A stretch of DNA of 15,459 nt from Longivirga aurantiaca. GTDB lineage: Bacteria > Actinomycetota > Actinomycetes > S36-B12 > CAIYMF01. The notes under the pieces are model-generated. The model worked only from the letters and a program-made list of their open reading frames with translations. It searched no databases and had not been told where the DNA came from. The DNA lies in the NCBI RefSeq assembly GCF_042660085.1, contig NZ_JBHSTI010000022.1:1-15459 (forward strand). The letters run 5' to 3'. Position numbers and translations under genes: made by a program. How positions within the stretch are numbered: the stretch's first letter is position 1; the number at the start of each line of letters is the position of its first letter. This document shows, piece after piece, positions 1 through 6,916 of this stretch.

Positions 1-1
1 C

Positions 2-307
2 ACCGACCCTCGCTACCGCGAGGTGCTGAGCGGCATCCGTCGCGACCACGTCGCGCGCGTGACCCGCGAGATCGAGAAGCTGCAGGCCACCGGCGTCGCC
101 GCCGACGACGTGAACCCCGCCATCGCCGCGAGCGCCCTCTGCGCGATGGTCGAGGGCTTCGGCCGGCACTGGTACGGACGCGGCGAGCAGGACTCCGCGT
201 CGTACGACGACGCCACCGCCGTCGCCACTCTCAGCACGCTCTGGGCCCGCGGGCTCGGGCTCACCATCGACCGCAGCGCGAGCACCGATGCAGGGGAGCA
301 GTCATGA
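2..307 (+). CDS. TetR-family transcriptional regulator, C-terminal part only (gene begins upstream of the window)
   Basis: Open frame from the window edge: TDPRYREVLSGIRRDHVARVTREIEKLQATGVAADDVNPAIAASALCAMVEGFGRHWYGRGEQD...; typical TetR ligand-binding C-terminus. Stop overlaps the start of the next gene at 304. Confidence 0.75.
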   Translation, partial: TDPRYREVLSGIRRDHVARVTREIEKLQATGVAADDVNPAIAASALCAMVEGFGRHWYGRGEQDSASYDDATAVATLSTLWARGLGLTIDRSASTDAGEQS

Positions 308-1452
308 TCTTCACGCCCGAGCACGAGCAGTTCCGGAAGTCCGTCCGCGACTTCGTCGAGAAGGACCTCAACCCGTACGCCGACGAGTGGGAGGAGGCCG
401 GCATCTGGCCCGGGCACGAGCTGCTCCCCAAGCTCGCGGCGGTCGGCGGCCTCGGCCTCGAGTACGACCCGGAGTACGGCGGTCAGGGCGCCGACCACTC
501 GTTCACCGTCGTCCTCGCCGAGGAGCTCGGCCGCGCCGACTGCGCGGGCGTGCCGATGGGCATCGCGGTGCAGGCGGCGATGGCGACACCGGCGCTCGCG
601 CGTTTCGGCAGCCACGAGCTGAAGAAGCAGTACCTCGTGCCCGCGCTCGCCGGCGAGATGGTGTGCAGCGTCGCGGTGTCCGAGCCCGACGCGGGCAGCG
701 ATGTCGCGGGGATCCGCACCCGCGCGCGCCGTGACGGCGACGACTGGGTCATCGACGGCCGCAAGATGTGGATCACCAACGGAACCCAGGCCGACTGGCT
801 CTGCCTCCTCGCGCGCACCAGCGACGAGGGCGGCTACCAGGGCATGTCGATGATCGTGGTGCCGACCGACGCGCCCGGCTTCAGCGTCGGACGCCGCATC
901 AAGAAGATGGGCAACCACTCCAGCGACACCGGCGAACTCGTCTTCGACAGCGTGCGCGTGCCGGTGTCGAACACGATCGGCGAGATCGGCCGAGGGTTCC
1001 AGATGCAGATGGCGCAGTTCCAGGACGAGCGCCTCATCGGCTCCTACATGGCGTACGCCGGTGCGCGCCGCGCGATCGACCGCACCATCGACTACCTGCG
1101 CGTCCGCCAGGCGTTCGGCAAGCCGCTGCTGGCGAACCAGCACCTGAAGTACCGCCTGGCCGAGCTCATCGCCGAGGTCGACCTGCTCAAGGAGTACTGC
1201 TACGCGGCGGCCGAGCGCGTCGTCGCGGGCGAGGACGCCACGCGCATGGCCACCATCGCCAAGCTCAAGGCCGGCCGTCTGGCGCGCGAGGTGGCGGATG
1301 CTGCGGTGCAGTTCCACGGCGGCATGGGCTACGCGTCGGAGTACTGGGTCGAGCGCTACTACCGCGACGTCCGCCTCATCTCGATCGGCGGCGGCGCCGA
1401 CGAGGTGATGCTCCGCATCATCGCGCTGCTGGAGGGTATGGACCAGCGATGA
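304..1452 (+). CDS. Acyl-CoA dehydrogenase
   Basis: 382 aa, MIFTPEHEQFRKSVRDFVEKDLNPYADEWEEAG...; EPDAGSDVAGIRT, KMWITNG and QFHGGMGYASEYWVERYYRDVRLISIGGGADEVM motifs of the acyl-CoA dehydrogenase family. Confidence 0.95.
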   Translation: MIFTPEHEQFRKSVRDFVEKDLNPYADEWEEAGIWPGHELLPKLAAVGGLGLEYDPEYGGQGADHSFTVVLAEELGRADCAGVPMGIAVQAAMATPALARFGSHELKKQYLVPALAGEMVCSVAVSEPDAGSDVAGIRTRARRDGDDWVIDGRKMWITNGTQADWLCLLARTSDEGGYQGMSMIVVPTDAPGFSVGRRIKKMGNHSSDTGELVFDSVRVPVSNTIGEIGRGFQMQMAQFQDERLIGSYMAYAGARRAIDRTIDYLRVRQAFGKPLLANQHLKYRLAELIAEVDLLKEYCYAAAERVVAGEDATRMATIAKLKAGRLAREVADAAVQFHGGMGYASEYWVERYYRDVRLISIGGGADEVMLRIIALLEGMDQR

Positions 1453-2225
1453 CCGTGCGCTACGAGGTCGACGGCGGCGTCGCGACGATCACGCTCGCGA
1501 GCCCCGAGACCAAGAACGTCCTGTCGGCGGCCATGCTCGCGGAGCTGCCGCAGCACTTCGCGGCAGCCGCCGAGGACGACGCCGTGCGCGTGATCGTGCT
1601 GACCGGCGAGGGCAACACGTTCTGCGCGGGTGCCGACCTGTCGGGCGCTTCGACCGCGGACGCCGACAGCTTCGCGGCGTCAGGCCCCGGCGCGCTGGTG
1701 CGCGTGCTCGAGGCGATGCTCGACCACCCGAAGCCGATCGTGGCTCGCGTGCAGGGGCACGTCGCCGGCGGCGGCAACGGCCTGGTGGCGGCGTCCGACC
1801 TGTCGGTGGCTGTGGAGACGGCGAAGTTCGCGTTCAGCGAGGTGCGCGTGGGGGTCGCGCCGGCCGTGATCTCGGTGGTGTGCCTCGCGCGGATGAACCC
1901 CAACGACGCGCGTGAGCTGCTGCTGACCGGTGAGCGCGTGAGCGCCGAGCGGGTGAAGGCTGCCGGGCTCGTGACGGCGGTGGCCGAGGAGCCGTCGTTC
2001 GACGCCGTCGTCCGGGCCTACGTCGACGCGCTGCTGCTCGGCGGCCCGCAGGCGCTAGCGCGGACCAAGGAGCTGCTGCGCCGCGTGCCGGGGATGGACC
2101 GCGATGCGGCGTTCGCTTTCACGGCCCAGCTGTCGGCGTCGCTCTTCTCCAGCGACGAGGCGCGCGAGGGCATGACCGCGTTCCTGCAGCGCCGCCCCGC
2201 ACCCTGGGCCCCGACCACCGACTGA
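1449..2225 (+). CDS. Enoyl-CoA hydratase/isomerase family protein
   Basis: ATG at 1449 overlapping the upstream stop; MTVRYEVDGGVATITLASPETKNVLSAAMLAEL...FCAGADLSG...ARVQGHVAGGGNGLVAASDLSVAVETAKFAFSEVRVGVAP; crotonase fold motifs. Confidence 0.93.
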   Translation: MTVRYEVDGGVATITLASPETKNVLSAAMLAELPQHFAAAAEDDAVRVIVLTGEGNTFCAGADLSGASTADADSFAASGPGALVRVLEAMLDHPKPIVARVQGHVAGGGNGLVAASDLSVAVETAKFAFSEVRVGVAPAVISVVCLARMNPNDARELLLTGERVSAERVKAAGLVTAVAEEPSFDAVVRAYVDALLLGGPQALARTKELLRRVPGMDRDAAFAFTAQLSASLFSSDEAREGMTAFLQRRPAPWAPTTD

Positions 2226-2299
2226 CACCCGCGCCAGTCCGTCCCGCGCCGGGGGTGATGGGAAGGATCGCCCGGCTCTCGTGGATGAAGTCCCCTACC

Positions 2300-2316
2300 G
2301 GGCGAGGGCTTCGCCC
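2300..2316 (+). terminator. Possible short GC-rich hairpin downstream of the enoyl-CoA hydratase
   Basis: GGGCGA-gggct-TCGCCC, 6 bp stem and 5 nt loop; no T-tract. Confidence 0.3.
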
Positions 2317-2509
2317 ATGGCCGGCGGGGGCCCAAGCCCTGCTCCAGAACGTCGGGGGCCGATGACGCGCGCGCGGCATGGGGGGTGTAACGCACCGCGC
2401 TGCTTCCAGCGTTGCAGGCCCGGAAGGGCTCGGCGGCCCCGTACGCCGTTGCATCCGGCGCCTGCTGAGGGTGTGCTATCCCAGGCACACGCGGTGAAAG
2501 CGGTGCCGG

Positions 2510-2528
2510 TCGTGTCACACGATCGTGT
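2510..2528 (+). promoter_or_regulatory. Alternating inverted half-sites TCGTGT-c-ACACGA-TCGTGT upstream of lacI-type gene
   Basis: TCGTGT (2510-2515), ACACGA (2517-2522), TCGTGT (2523-2528); ACACGATCGTGT is a perfect 12-bp palindrome. Confidence 0.4.
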
Positions 2529-2529
2529 C

Positions 2530-2543
2530 CGTAAACGCTTGCA
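2530..2543 (+). promoter_or_regulatory. LacI/GalR-type operator, probably autoregulatory
   Basis: CGTAAACGCTTGCA matches the family consensus TGNAANCGNTTNCA at 9 of 10 fixed positions, with the central CG. It lies 63 nt upstream of the LacI-family start. Confidence 0.65.
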
Positions 2544-2568
2544 CTTGCGTGTCATGGATCCCTACCCT
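2539..2568 (+). promoter_or_regulatory. Putative sigma-70-type promoter for the LacI-family gene
   Basis: TTGCAC, 18 nt spacer, TACCCT; the -35 box overlaps the candidate operator 2530-2543. Confidence 0.35.
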
Positions 2569-2606
2569 GAGGCCGCTGCACGGGCCACGACGGGAAGGAG
2601 GCCGAC

Positions 2607-3611
2607 ATGGCGATGACGATCCGCGACATCGCGCGGGAGGCCGGGGTCTCCACCGCGACGGTGTCCCGAGCGCTGCGCGGCCTGCCCAACGTCGACCCGG
2701 TCACCCGCGAGAAGGTGCGCCAGGTCGCCGAGCGCCTCGACTACGTGGTCTCGCCGGCGGCGTCCCGCCTCGCGAGCGGCCGCGCCGGCAGCATCGCCGT
2801 GATCACGCCGTACATCGCGCGCTGGTACTTCGCCCGGGTGCTCTCGGGCATCGAGGGCGTGCTCCAGGCGTCCGACCTCGACCTGCTGCTCTCGAGCATC
2901 GGCGACCCGGGCGAGACCGGGCACGTGCCCCCGCACCGCAAGCTGCGGCGCCGCGTCGACGGCTTCCTCGTCATCTCGCTCCCGACCGAGACCGAGGGCG
3001 TCAGCGAGATCTTCGACCTCGACCAGCCCGTCGTGCTCATCGACACCGACCACGACGGCTGCTCGTCGATCGGCATCGACGACGTCGCCGGCGCGCGGAT
3101 GGCCGTGCAGCACCTCATCAACCTCGGGCACGAGCGCATCGCGCTCATCTCGGGCCGACCGCGCCCGACCCCGTTCCGCCCGGAGGACAACCGCTTCATC
3201 GGCTACCGCGACACCATGGTCGAGGCCGGCCTGCGCATCGATCCCGACCTCGAGGCCTGCGGACATTTCACGATCGAGGGCGGGGAGCGCGCGATGACCT
3301 CGCTGCTCGCACGGGCCAACCCGCCGACCGCCGTCTTCGCGATGTCGGACGAGATGGCGTTCGGTGCGCTGCGCTCGCTGCGGGCGCACGGACTCGAGCC
3401 AGGACGCGACGTCAGCGTGGTGGGCTTCGACGGCCACGAGATGAGCGAGCACCTCGACCTCACCACCGTCGTGCAGCCGGTCGAGGAGATCGGTGCGCGC
3501 GCGGCGCGGCTGCTGCTCGCGCGCCTCGACGACCCGCAGGCTCCGCCCAAGCACGACGTGCTGCCGCTCGACATGGTCGTGCGCGGCTCCACCGCCCTGC
3601 GCCGTCGCTGA
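2607..3611 (+). CDS. LacI-family transcriptional regulator
   Basis: 334 aa; MAMTIRDIAREAGVSTATVSRALRGLPNVDPVTREKVRQVAERLDY helix-turn-helix, then periplasmic-binding-like domain (VVLIDTDHDGCSSIGIDDVAGARMAVQHLINLGHERIALISG). Confidence 0.95.
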   Translation: MAMTIRDIAREAGVSTATVSRALRGLPNVDPVTREKVRQVAERLDYVVSPAASRLASGRAGSIAVITPYIARWYFARVLSGIEGVLQASDLDLLLSSIGDPGETGHVPPHRKLRRRVDGFLVISLPTETEGVSEIFDLDQPVVLIDTDHDGCSSIGIDDVAGARMAVQHLINLGHERIALISGRPRPTPFRPEDNRFIGYRDTMVEAGLRIDPDLEACGHFTIEGGERAMTSLLARANPPTAVFAMSDEMAFGALRSLRAHGLEPGRDVSVVGFDGHEMSEHLDLTTVVQPVEEIGARAARLLLARLDDPQAPPKHDVLPLDMVVRGSTALRRR

Positions 3612-3672
3612 CCGTCCGACCTCGCAGGCGCTCACCCCCCGAGATCCCCGGAGGGCGCGGCAACCATCCGAG

Positions 3673-3703
3673 CCGCCCACCGCGTGAGACTGGGTGAGGG
3701 CGG
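3673..3703 (+). terminator. Weak candidate terminator downstream of the LacI-family gene
   Basis: CCGCCC (3673-3678) and GGGCGG (3698-3703) flanking a short spacer; no T-tract. Confidence 0.2.
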
Positions 3704-3735
3704 CGTACGGCGGCCCACGACGGATCGGGGTCGAC

Positions 3736-3991
3736 GTGCAGGACAGGCCGGACTTCGCGGAGTTCGTCTCCGTGCGGTCGCCCGCGCCGCTGCGGACGGC
3801 GTACCTCCTCACCGGCGACTGGCGGTACGTCGCCTGCTCCGGCACCCGGCTCGTGCGGCCCGAGCGGCGAGCCGATCAGCGGCACCTGGACGGCGTACGA
3901 CGACCGCAGCACCGGCCTGCTCGATTGCGCAGCCCCGGGCACCGCGTCCGCCCTGGCCGCCAAGGCCGCGGAGCTCTGCCCGAAGGGCTAG
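3736..3991 (+). pseudogene. Decayed locus: N-terminal remnant of an ECF/SigE-family sigma factor joined to an unrelated C-terminal tail by frameshift
   Basis: Frame 1: VQDRPDFAEFVSVRSPAPLRTAYLLTGDW resembles the opening of SigE-family sigma factors (..FVxxRSPALLRTAYLLTGD..) but lacks region 2 continuation. Frame 2 continues as SGEPISGTWTAYDDRSTGLLDCAAPGTASALAAKAAELCPKG*, ending at 3991. Confidence 0.45.
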
Positions 3992-4004
3992 CCCCACCGT
4001 CAGG

Positions 4005-4051
4005 CTGACGAACCCGGCGTTTCCGCACCTGGGAAGCGACGGGTTCATCAG
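4005..4051 (+). repeat. Hairpin repeat family, copy R1
   Basis: CTGACGAACCCGGCGTTTCC-GCACCTG-GGAAGCGACGGGTTCATCAG: 20-position stem with 17 Watson-Crick pairs, 1 GU and 2 mismatches, and a 7 nt loop. 3' tail TCTCAGCGATGGGGG. Confidence 0.85.
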
Positions 4052-4110
4052 TCTCAGCGATGGGGGTGTCCTGAGGTGCGGGGTGCGCCGGGAGCCGCGA
4101 CGATCGCCGG

Positions 4111-5580
4111 GTGAGGATGCTGTTCGCCGACCAGCTCGGCCCGCACTTCACCACCGATCTCGATCCCGACGAGCAGGTGCTGCTCGTCGAATCGCGCCAG
4201 GCCTTCGCCCGGCGCCGCGTCCACCGGCAGAAGGCGCACCTGCTGCTGAGCGCCCTGCGGCACCGTGCCGCTGAGCTGGGTGATCGCGCCGTCCACGTGC
4301 AGGCGTCGTCGTACGGCGAAGCCCTGCGTCAGGCCGGCATCGACCCGCGCACGGTGACCGTGGTCGACCCGACCTCGTACGCCGCCCGCCGCTGGGCTCG
4401 CGACCAGGGCATGACGGTGCTTCCCGCACGCGGATTCACGATGGGGGAGAACGAATTCCAGGCGTGGCTGGGCACCCGCCGACCGGTCCTCGAGGACTTC
4501 TACCGCCACCAGCGCAGGCGCCTCGACCTGCTCGTGCAGCCCGACGGCGAGCCCGAGACCGGGCGCTGGAACTTCGACGCCGACAACCGCCTGCCCCCGC
4601 CGAAGGGGCAGCGCACCCTCGGTCTCCCGCATCCGTGGTCGCCGACGGAGGACGCGATCGACGCCGTCGTGCGCCGCGACCTCGATGCGTGGGACGGCGT
4701 CACGCTCGTCGGCGTCGACGCGCCGCGCACGTTCGCCGCCACGCGCGCCGAGGCCCTTGCCGCCCTCGACGACTTCGTGCAGCACCGCCTCGCGCAGTTC
4801 GGCCCGTACGAGGACGCCGTGCTGCGCGACGACTGGGCGATGGCCCACAGCCTGCTCTCGGTGCCGATGAACCTCGGCCTGCTCGACCCGCTCGAGGTGG
4901 TCGACGCCGCCGTCGCGGCGTACCGCGCAGGCGACGTGCCGCTGCAGAGCGCAGAGGCGGTCGCGCGGCAGGTGGTCGGCTGGCGCGAGTGGGCGTGGCA
5001 GCTCTACTGGGCGCTCGGCGAGGAGTACGCCGACGGCAACGCGCTCGGCGCGAACGCGCCGATCCCGTCGTGGTTCGCCGACCTCGACGCGGACGACGTA
5101 CGGGCTTCGTGCCTGCGGTCGGCGCTGGCCGACGTACGGGACCGCGGCTGGAGCCACCACATCGTGCGGCTCATGGTGCTGGGCAACTGGGCCCTGCAGC
5201 GCGGCTACGACCCGCGCGCGACCGCGGCGTGGTTCCGCGACTCGTTCGTGGACGGCTACGACTGGGTGATGGTGACCAACGTCGTCGGCATGGCCCTCTA
5301 CGCCGACGGCGGCCGCATGGCCACCAAGCCGTACGCCGCTGGCGGCGCCTACCTCAACCGCATGACGGACCACTGCAAGGGCTGCGCCTACTCGCCGTCC
5401 ACGCGCGTCGGCGCGACGGCCTGCCCGTTCACCGCCGGCTACTGGGCGTTCCTCGACCGCAACGCCGATGCGCTGCGCGGCAACCACCGCCTCGCCCAGC
5501 CCTACGCCGGCCTCGCCCGCCTGGCCGACCGCGGCGCCCTGGTCGCCCAGGAGGCCGCCCGCGGCACCGCCGCCCCCTGA
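4111..5580 (+). CDS. Cryptochrome/photolyase family protein, FeS-BCP (bacterial 6-4 photolyase/PhrB-like) type
   Basis: 489 aa, MRMLFADQLGPHFTTDLDPDEQVLLVESR...; SHHIVRLMVLGNWAL, DGYDWVMVTNVVGMALYADGG, CKGCAYSP, ATACPFTAGYW. Cysteines at residues 334, 422, 425 and 438 fit the spacing of the 4Fe-4S ligands in this family. Confidence 0.92.
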   Translation: MRMLFADQLGPHFTTDLDPDEQVLLVESRQAFARRRVHRQKAHLLLSALRHRAAELGDRAVHVQASSYGEALRQAGIDPRTVTVVDPTSYAARRWARDQGMTVLPARGFTMGENEFQAWLGTRRPVLEDFYRHQRRRLDLLVQPDGEPETGRWNFDADNRLPPPKGQRTLGLPHPWSPTEDAIDAVVRRDLDAWDGVTLVGVDAPRTFAATRAEALAALDDFVQHRLAQFGPYEDAVLRDDWAMAHSLLSVPMNLGLLDPLEVVDAAVAAYRAGDVPLQSAEAVARQVVGWREWAWQLYWALGEEYADGNALGANAPIPSWFADLDADDVRASCLRSALADVRDRGWSHHIVRLMVLGNWALQRGYDPRATAAWFRDSFVDGYDWVMVTNVVGMALYADGGRMATKPYAAGGAYLNRMTDHCKGCAYSPSTRVGATACPFTAGYWAFLDRNADALRGNHRLAQPYAGLARLADRGALVAQEAARGTAAP

Positions 5581-5611
5581 CGGGCGACGAGTCGTCCACG
5601 ATCACGAGTAC

Positions 5612-5648
5612 GGGTCAATCAGTGCAGTTCGACTGCCGTGATCGACCC
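5612..5648 (+). promoter_or_regulatory. 37-nt imperfect palindrome between the photolyase gene and the 2-oxoacid dehydrogenase operon (terminator or operator)
   Basis: GGGTCAATCAGTGCAGTTCGACTGCCGTGATCGACCC: nested arms GGGTCAATCA/TGATCGACCC and GCAGT-ttcgACTGC (GCAGT 5624-5628, ACTGC 5632-5636). Confidence 0.5.
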
Positions 5649-5657
5649 CAGGGGTCG
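5643..5657 (+). promoter_or_regulatory. 15-nt perfect palindrome overlapping the 3' arm of the preceding one
   Basis: CGACCCC-A-GGGGTCG. Confidence 0.4.
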
Positions 5658-5752
5658 CCCGTGGGCAGGGGTGGGGGCGGCGCGGGACGTCCGGTGTTCG
5701 GGCTCGGACGGGTAACAGCACGGGCTCGGAGATGCCAGGATGCGCGGTAGAA

Positions 5753-5768
5753 CACGCGCCGGCGCGTG
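5753..5768 (+). promoter_or_regulatory. 16-bp perfect palindrome upstream of the 2-oxoacid dehydrogenase operon, possible operator
   Basis: CACGCGCCGGCGCGTG, 66 nt before the E1alpha start. Confidence 0.35.
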
Positions 5769-5833
5769 GTCACGGCGGCGATCCCGCACGGGCCAGGCTC
5801 CTGCGCCCGACGGCAACCGCAGGAGGTCCACCC

Positions 5834-6916
5834 ATGACCGCAGACGGAGGCCCCGAGCTCGTCCAGCTCCTCACCCCCGAGGGCGAGCGGGTCCACCATC
5901 CCGACTACGACGTCGATCTGACGCCGGACGAGCTGAGGGCGCTCTACCGCGACCTCGTCCTCGTACGCCGGGTCGATGCCGAGGCCACCGCGCTCCAGCG
6001 CCAGGGCGAGCTCGGCCTCTGGGCCCAGCTGCTCGGCCAGGAGGCCGCGCAGGTCGGATCGGGGCGCGCCCTGCGCACCGACGACTTCGCGTTCCCGACG
6101 TACCGCGAGCACGGCGTCGCGTGGACCCGCGACGTCGACCCCCTGCAGCTGCTCGGGCTCTTCCGCGGCGTCACCAACGGCGGGTGGGACCCGCACGACC
6201 ACAACTTCGCGCTCTACACGATCGTCATCGGCGACCAGTGCCTGCACGCGGTCGGCTACGCGATGGGCATCCAGCGCGACGGCACCGACCGCGCCGTGAT
6301 CACGTACTTCGGCGACGGCGCGACGAGCCAGGGCGACGTCAACGAGTCGTTCGTGTTCGCCAGCGTCTACAACGCGCCGGTCGTGTTCTTCTGCCAGAAC
6401 AACCAGTGGGCGATCTCCGAGCCGCTCGAGCGCCAGACCCGCATCCCCCTCTACAAGCGCGCGGCCGGCTTCGGCTTCCCCGGCGTACGGGTCGACGGAA
6501 ACGACGTCCTCGCGGTGCTCGCGGTCACCCGCGCGGCCCTGCAGAACGCGCGAGAGGGCAACGGCCCCACGCTGATCGAGGCGTTCACCTACCGCATGGG
6601 CGCGCACACCACGTCCGACGACCCGACGCGCTACCGCGTCGCGGCCGACCTCGAGGCCTGGAAGCTCAAGGACCCGATCGAGCGCGTGAAGGTCTACCTC
6701 GCCCGCAACGGCCTCGCTGACCACGGTTTCTTCGACGAGGTCGAGGCCGAGGCCGAGGTGCTCGCCGTCCGGCTGCGCGAGGGCTGCCGCTCGCTGCCCA
6801 ACCCGGCGCCCGAGTCGCTCTTCGACCACGTGTACGCCGAGGCGCACCCGCTGATCGAGAGCGAGCGCGAGGAGTTCGTGCGCTACCACGCGTCGTTCGC
6901 GGGAGGGGAGCACTGA
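5834..6916 (+). CDS. 2-oxoacid dehydrogenase (pyruvate or branched-chain type) E1 component, alpha subunit
   Basis: 360 aa from ATG 5834 with AGGAGG at 5821; GQEAAQVGSGRALRTDDFAFPTYREHG, thiamine diphosphate motif GDGATSQGDVNESFVFASVYNAPVVFFCQNN. Confidence 0.94.
   Translation: MTADGGPELVQLLTPEGERVHHPDYDVDLTPDELRALYRDLVLVRRVDAEATALQRQGELGLWAQLLGQEAAQVGSGRALRTDDFAFPTYREHGVAWTRDVDPLQLLGLFRGVTNGGWDPHDHNFALYTIVIGDQCLHAVGYAMGIQRDGTDRAVITYFGDGATSQGDVNESFVFASVYNAPVVFFCQNNQWAISEPLERQTRIPLYKRAAGFGFPGVRVDGNDVLAVLAVTRAALQNAREGNGPTLIEAFTYRMGAHTTSDDPTRYRVAADLEAWKLKDPIERVKVYLARNGLADHGFFDEVEAEAEVLAVRLREGCRSLPNPAPESLFDHVYAEAHPLIESEREEFVRYHASFAGGEH

Noticed and set aside
3630-3698. CTCACCC ... GGGTGAG pairing downstream of the LacI gene
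   Set aside because: Arms are about 60 nt apart with intervening alternative pairings; too weak to call in such GC-rich sequence.
3684-4274. 196-aa plus-strand ORF across the intergenic region and into the photolyase
   Set aside because: Low-complexity composition; the region is better explained as a gene remnant plus hairpin R1, and the ORF overlaps the real photolyase start.
4054-5487. 477-aa minus-strand ORF antisense to the photolyase, and similar long antisense ORFs (2562-3845, 5615-6913, 8184-9830, 9220-10497, 11709-12941)
   Set aside because: Arg/Ala/Gly/His-rich translations without recognisable motifs; expected shadow ORFs opposite high-GC genes whose sense frames encode clear conserved proteins.
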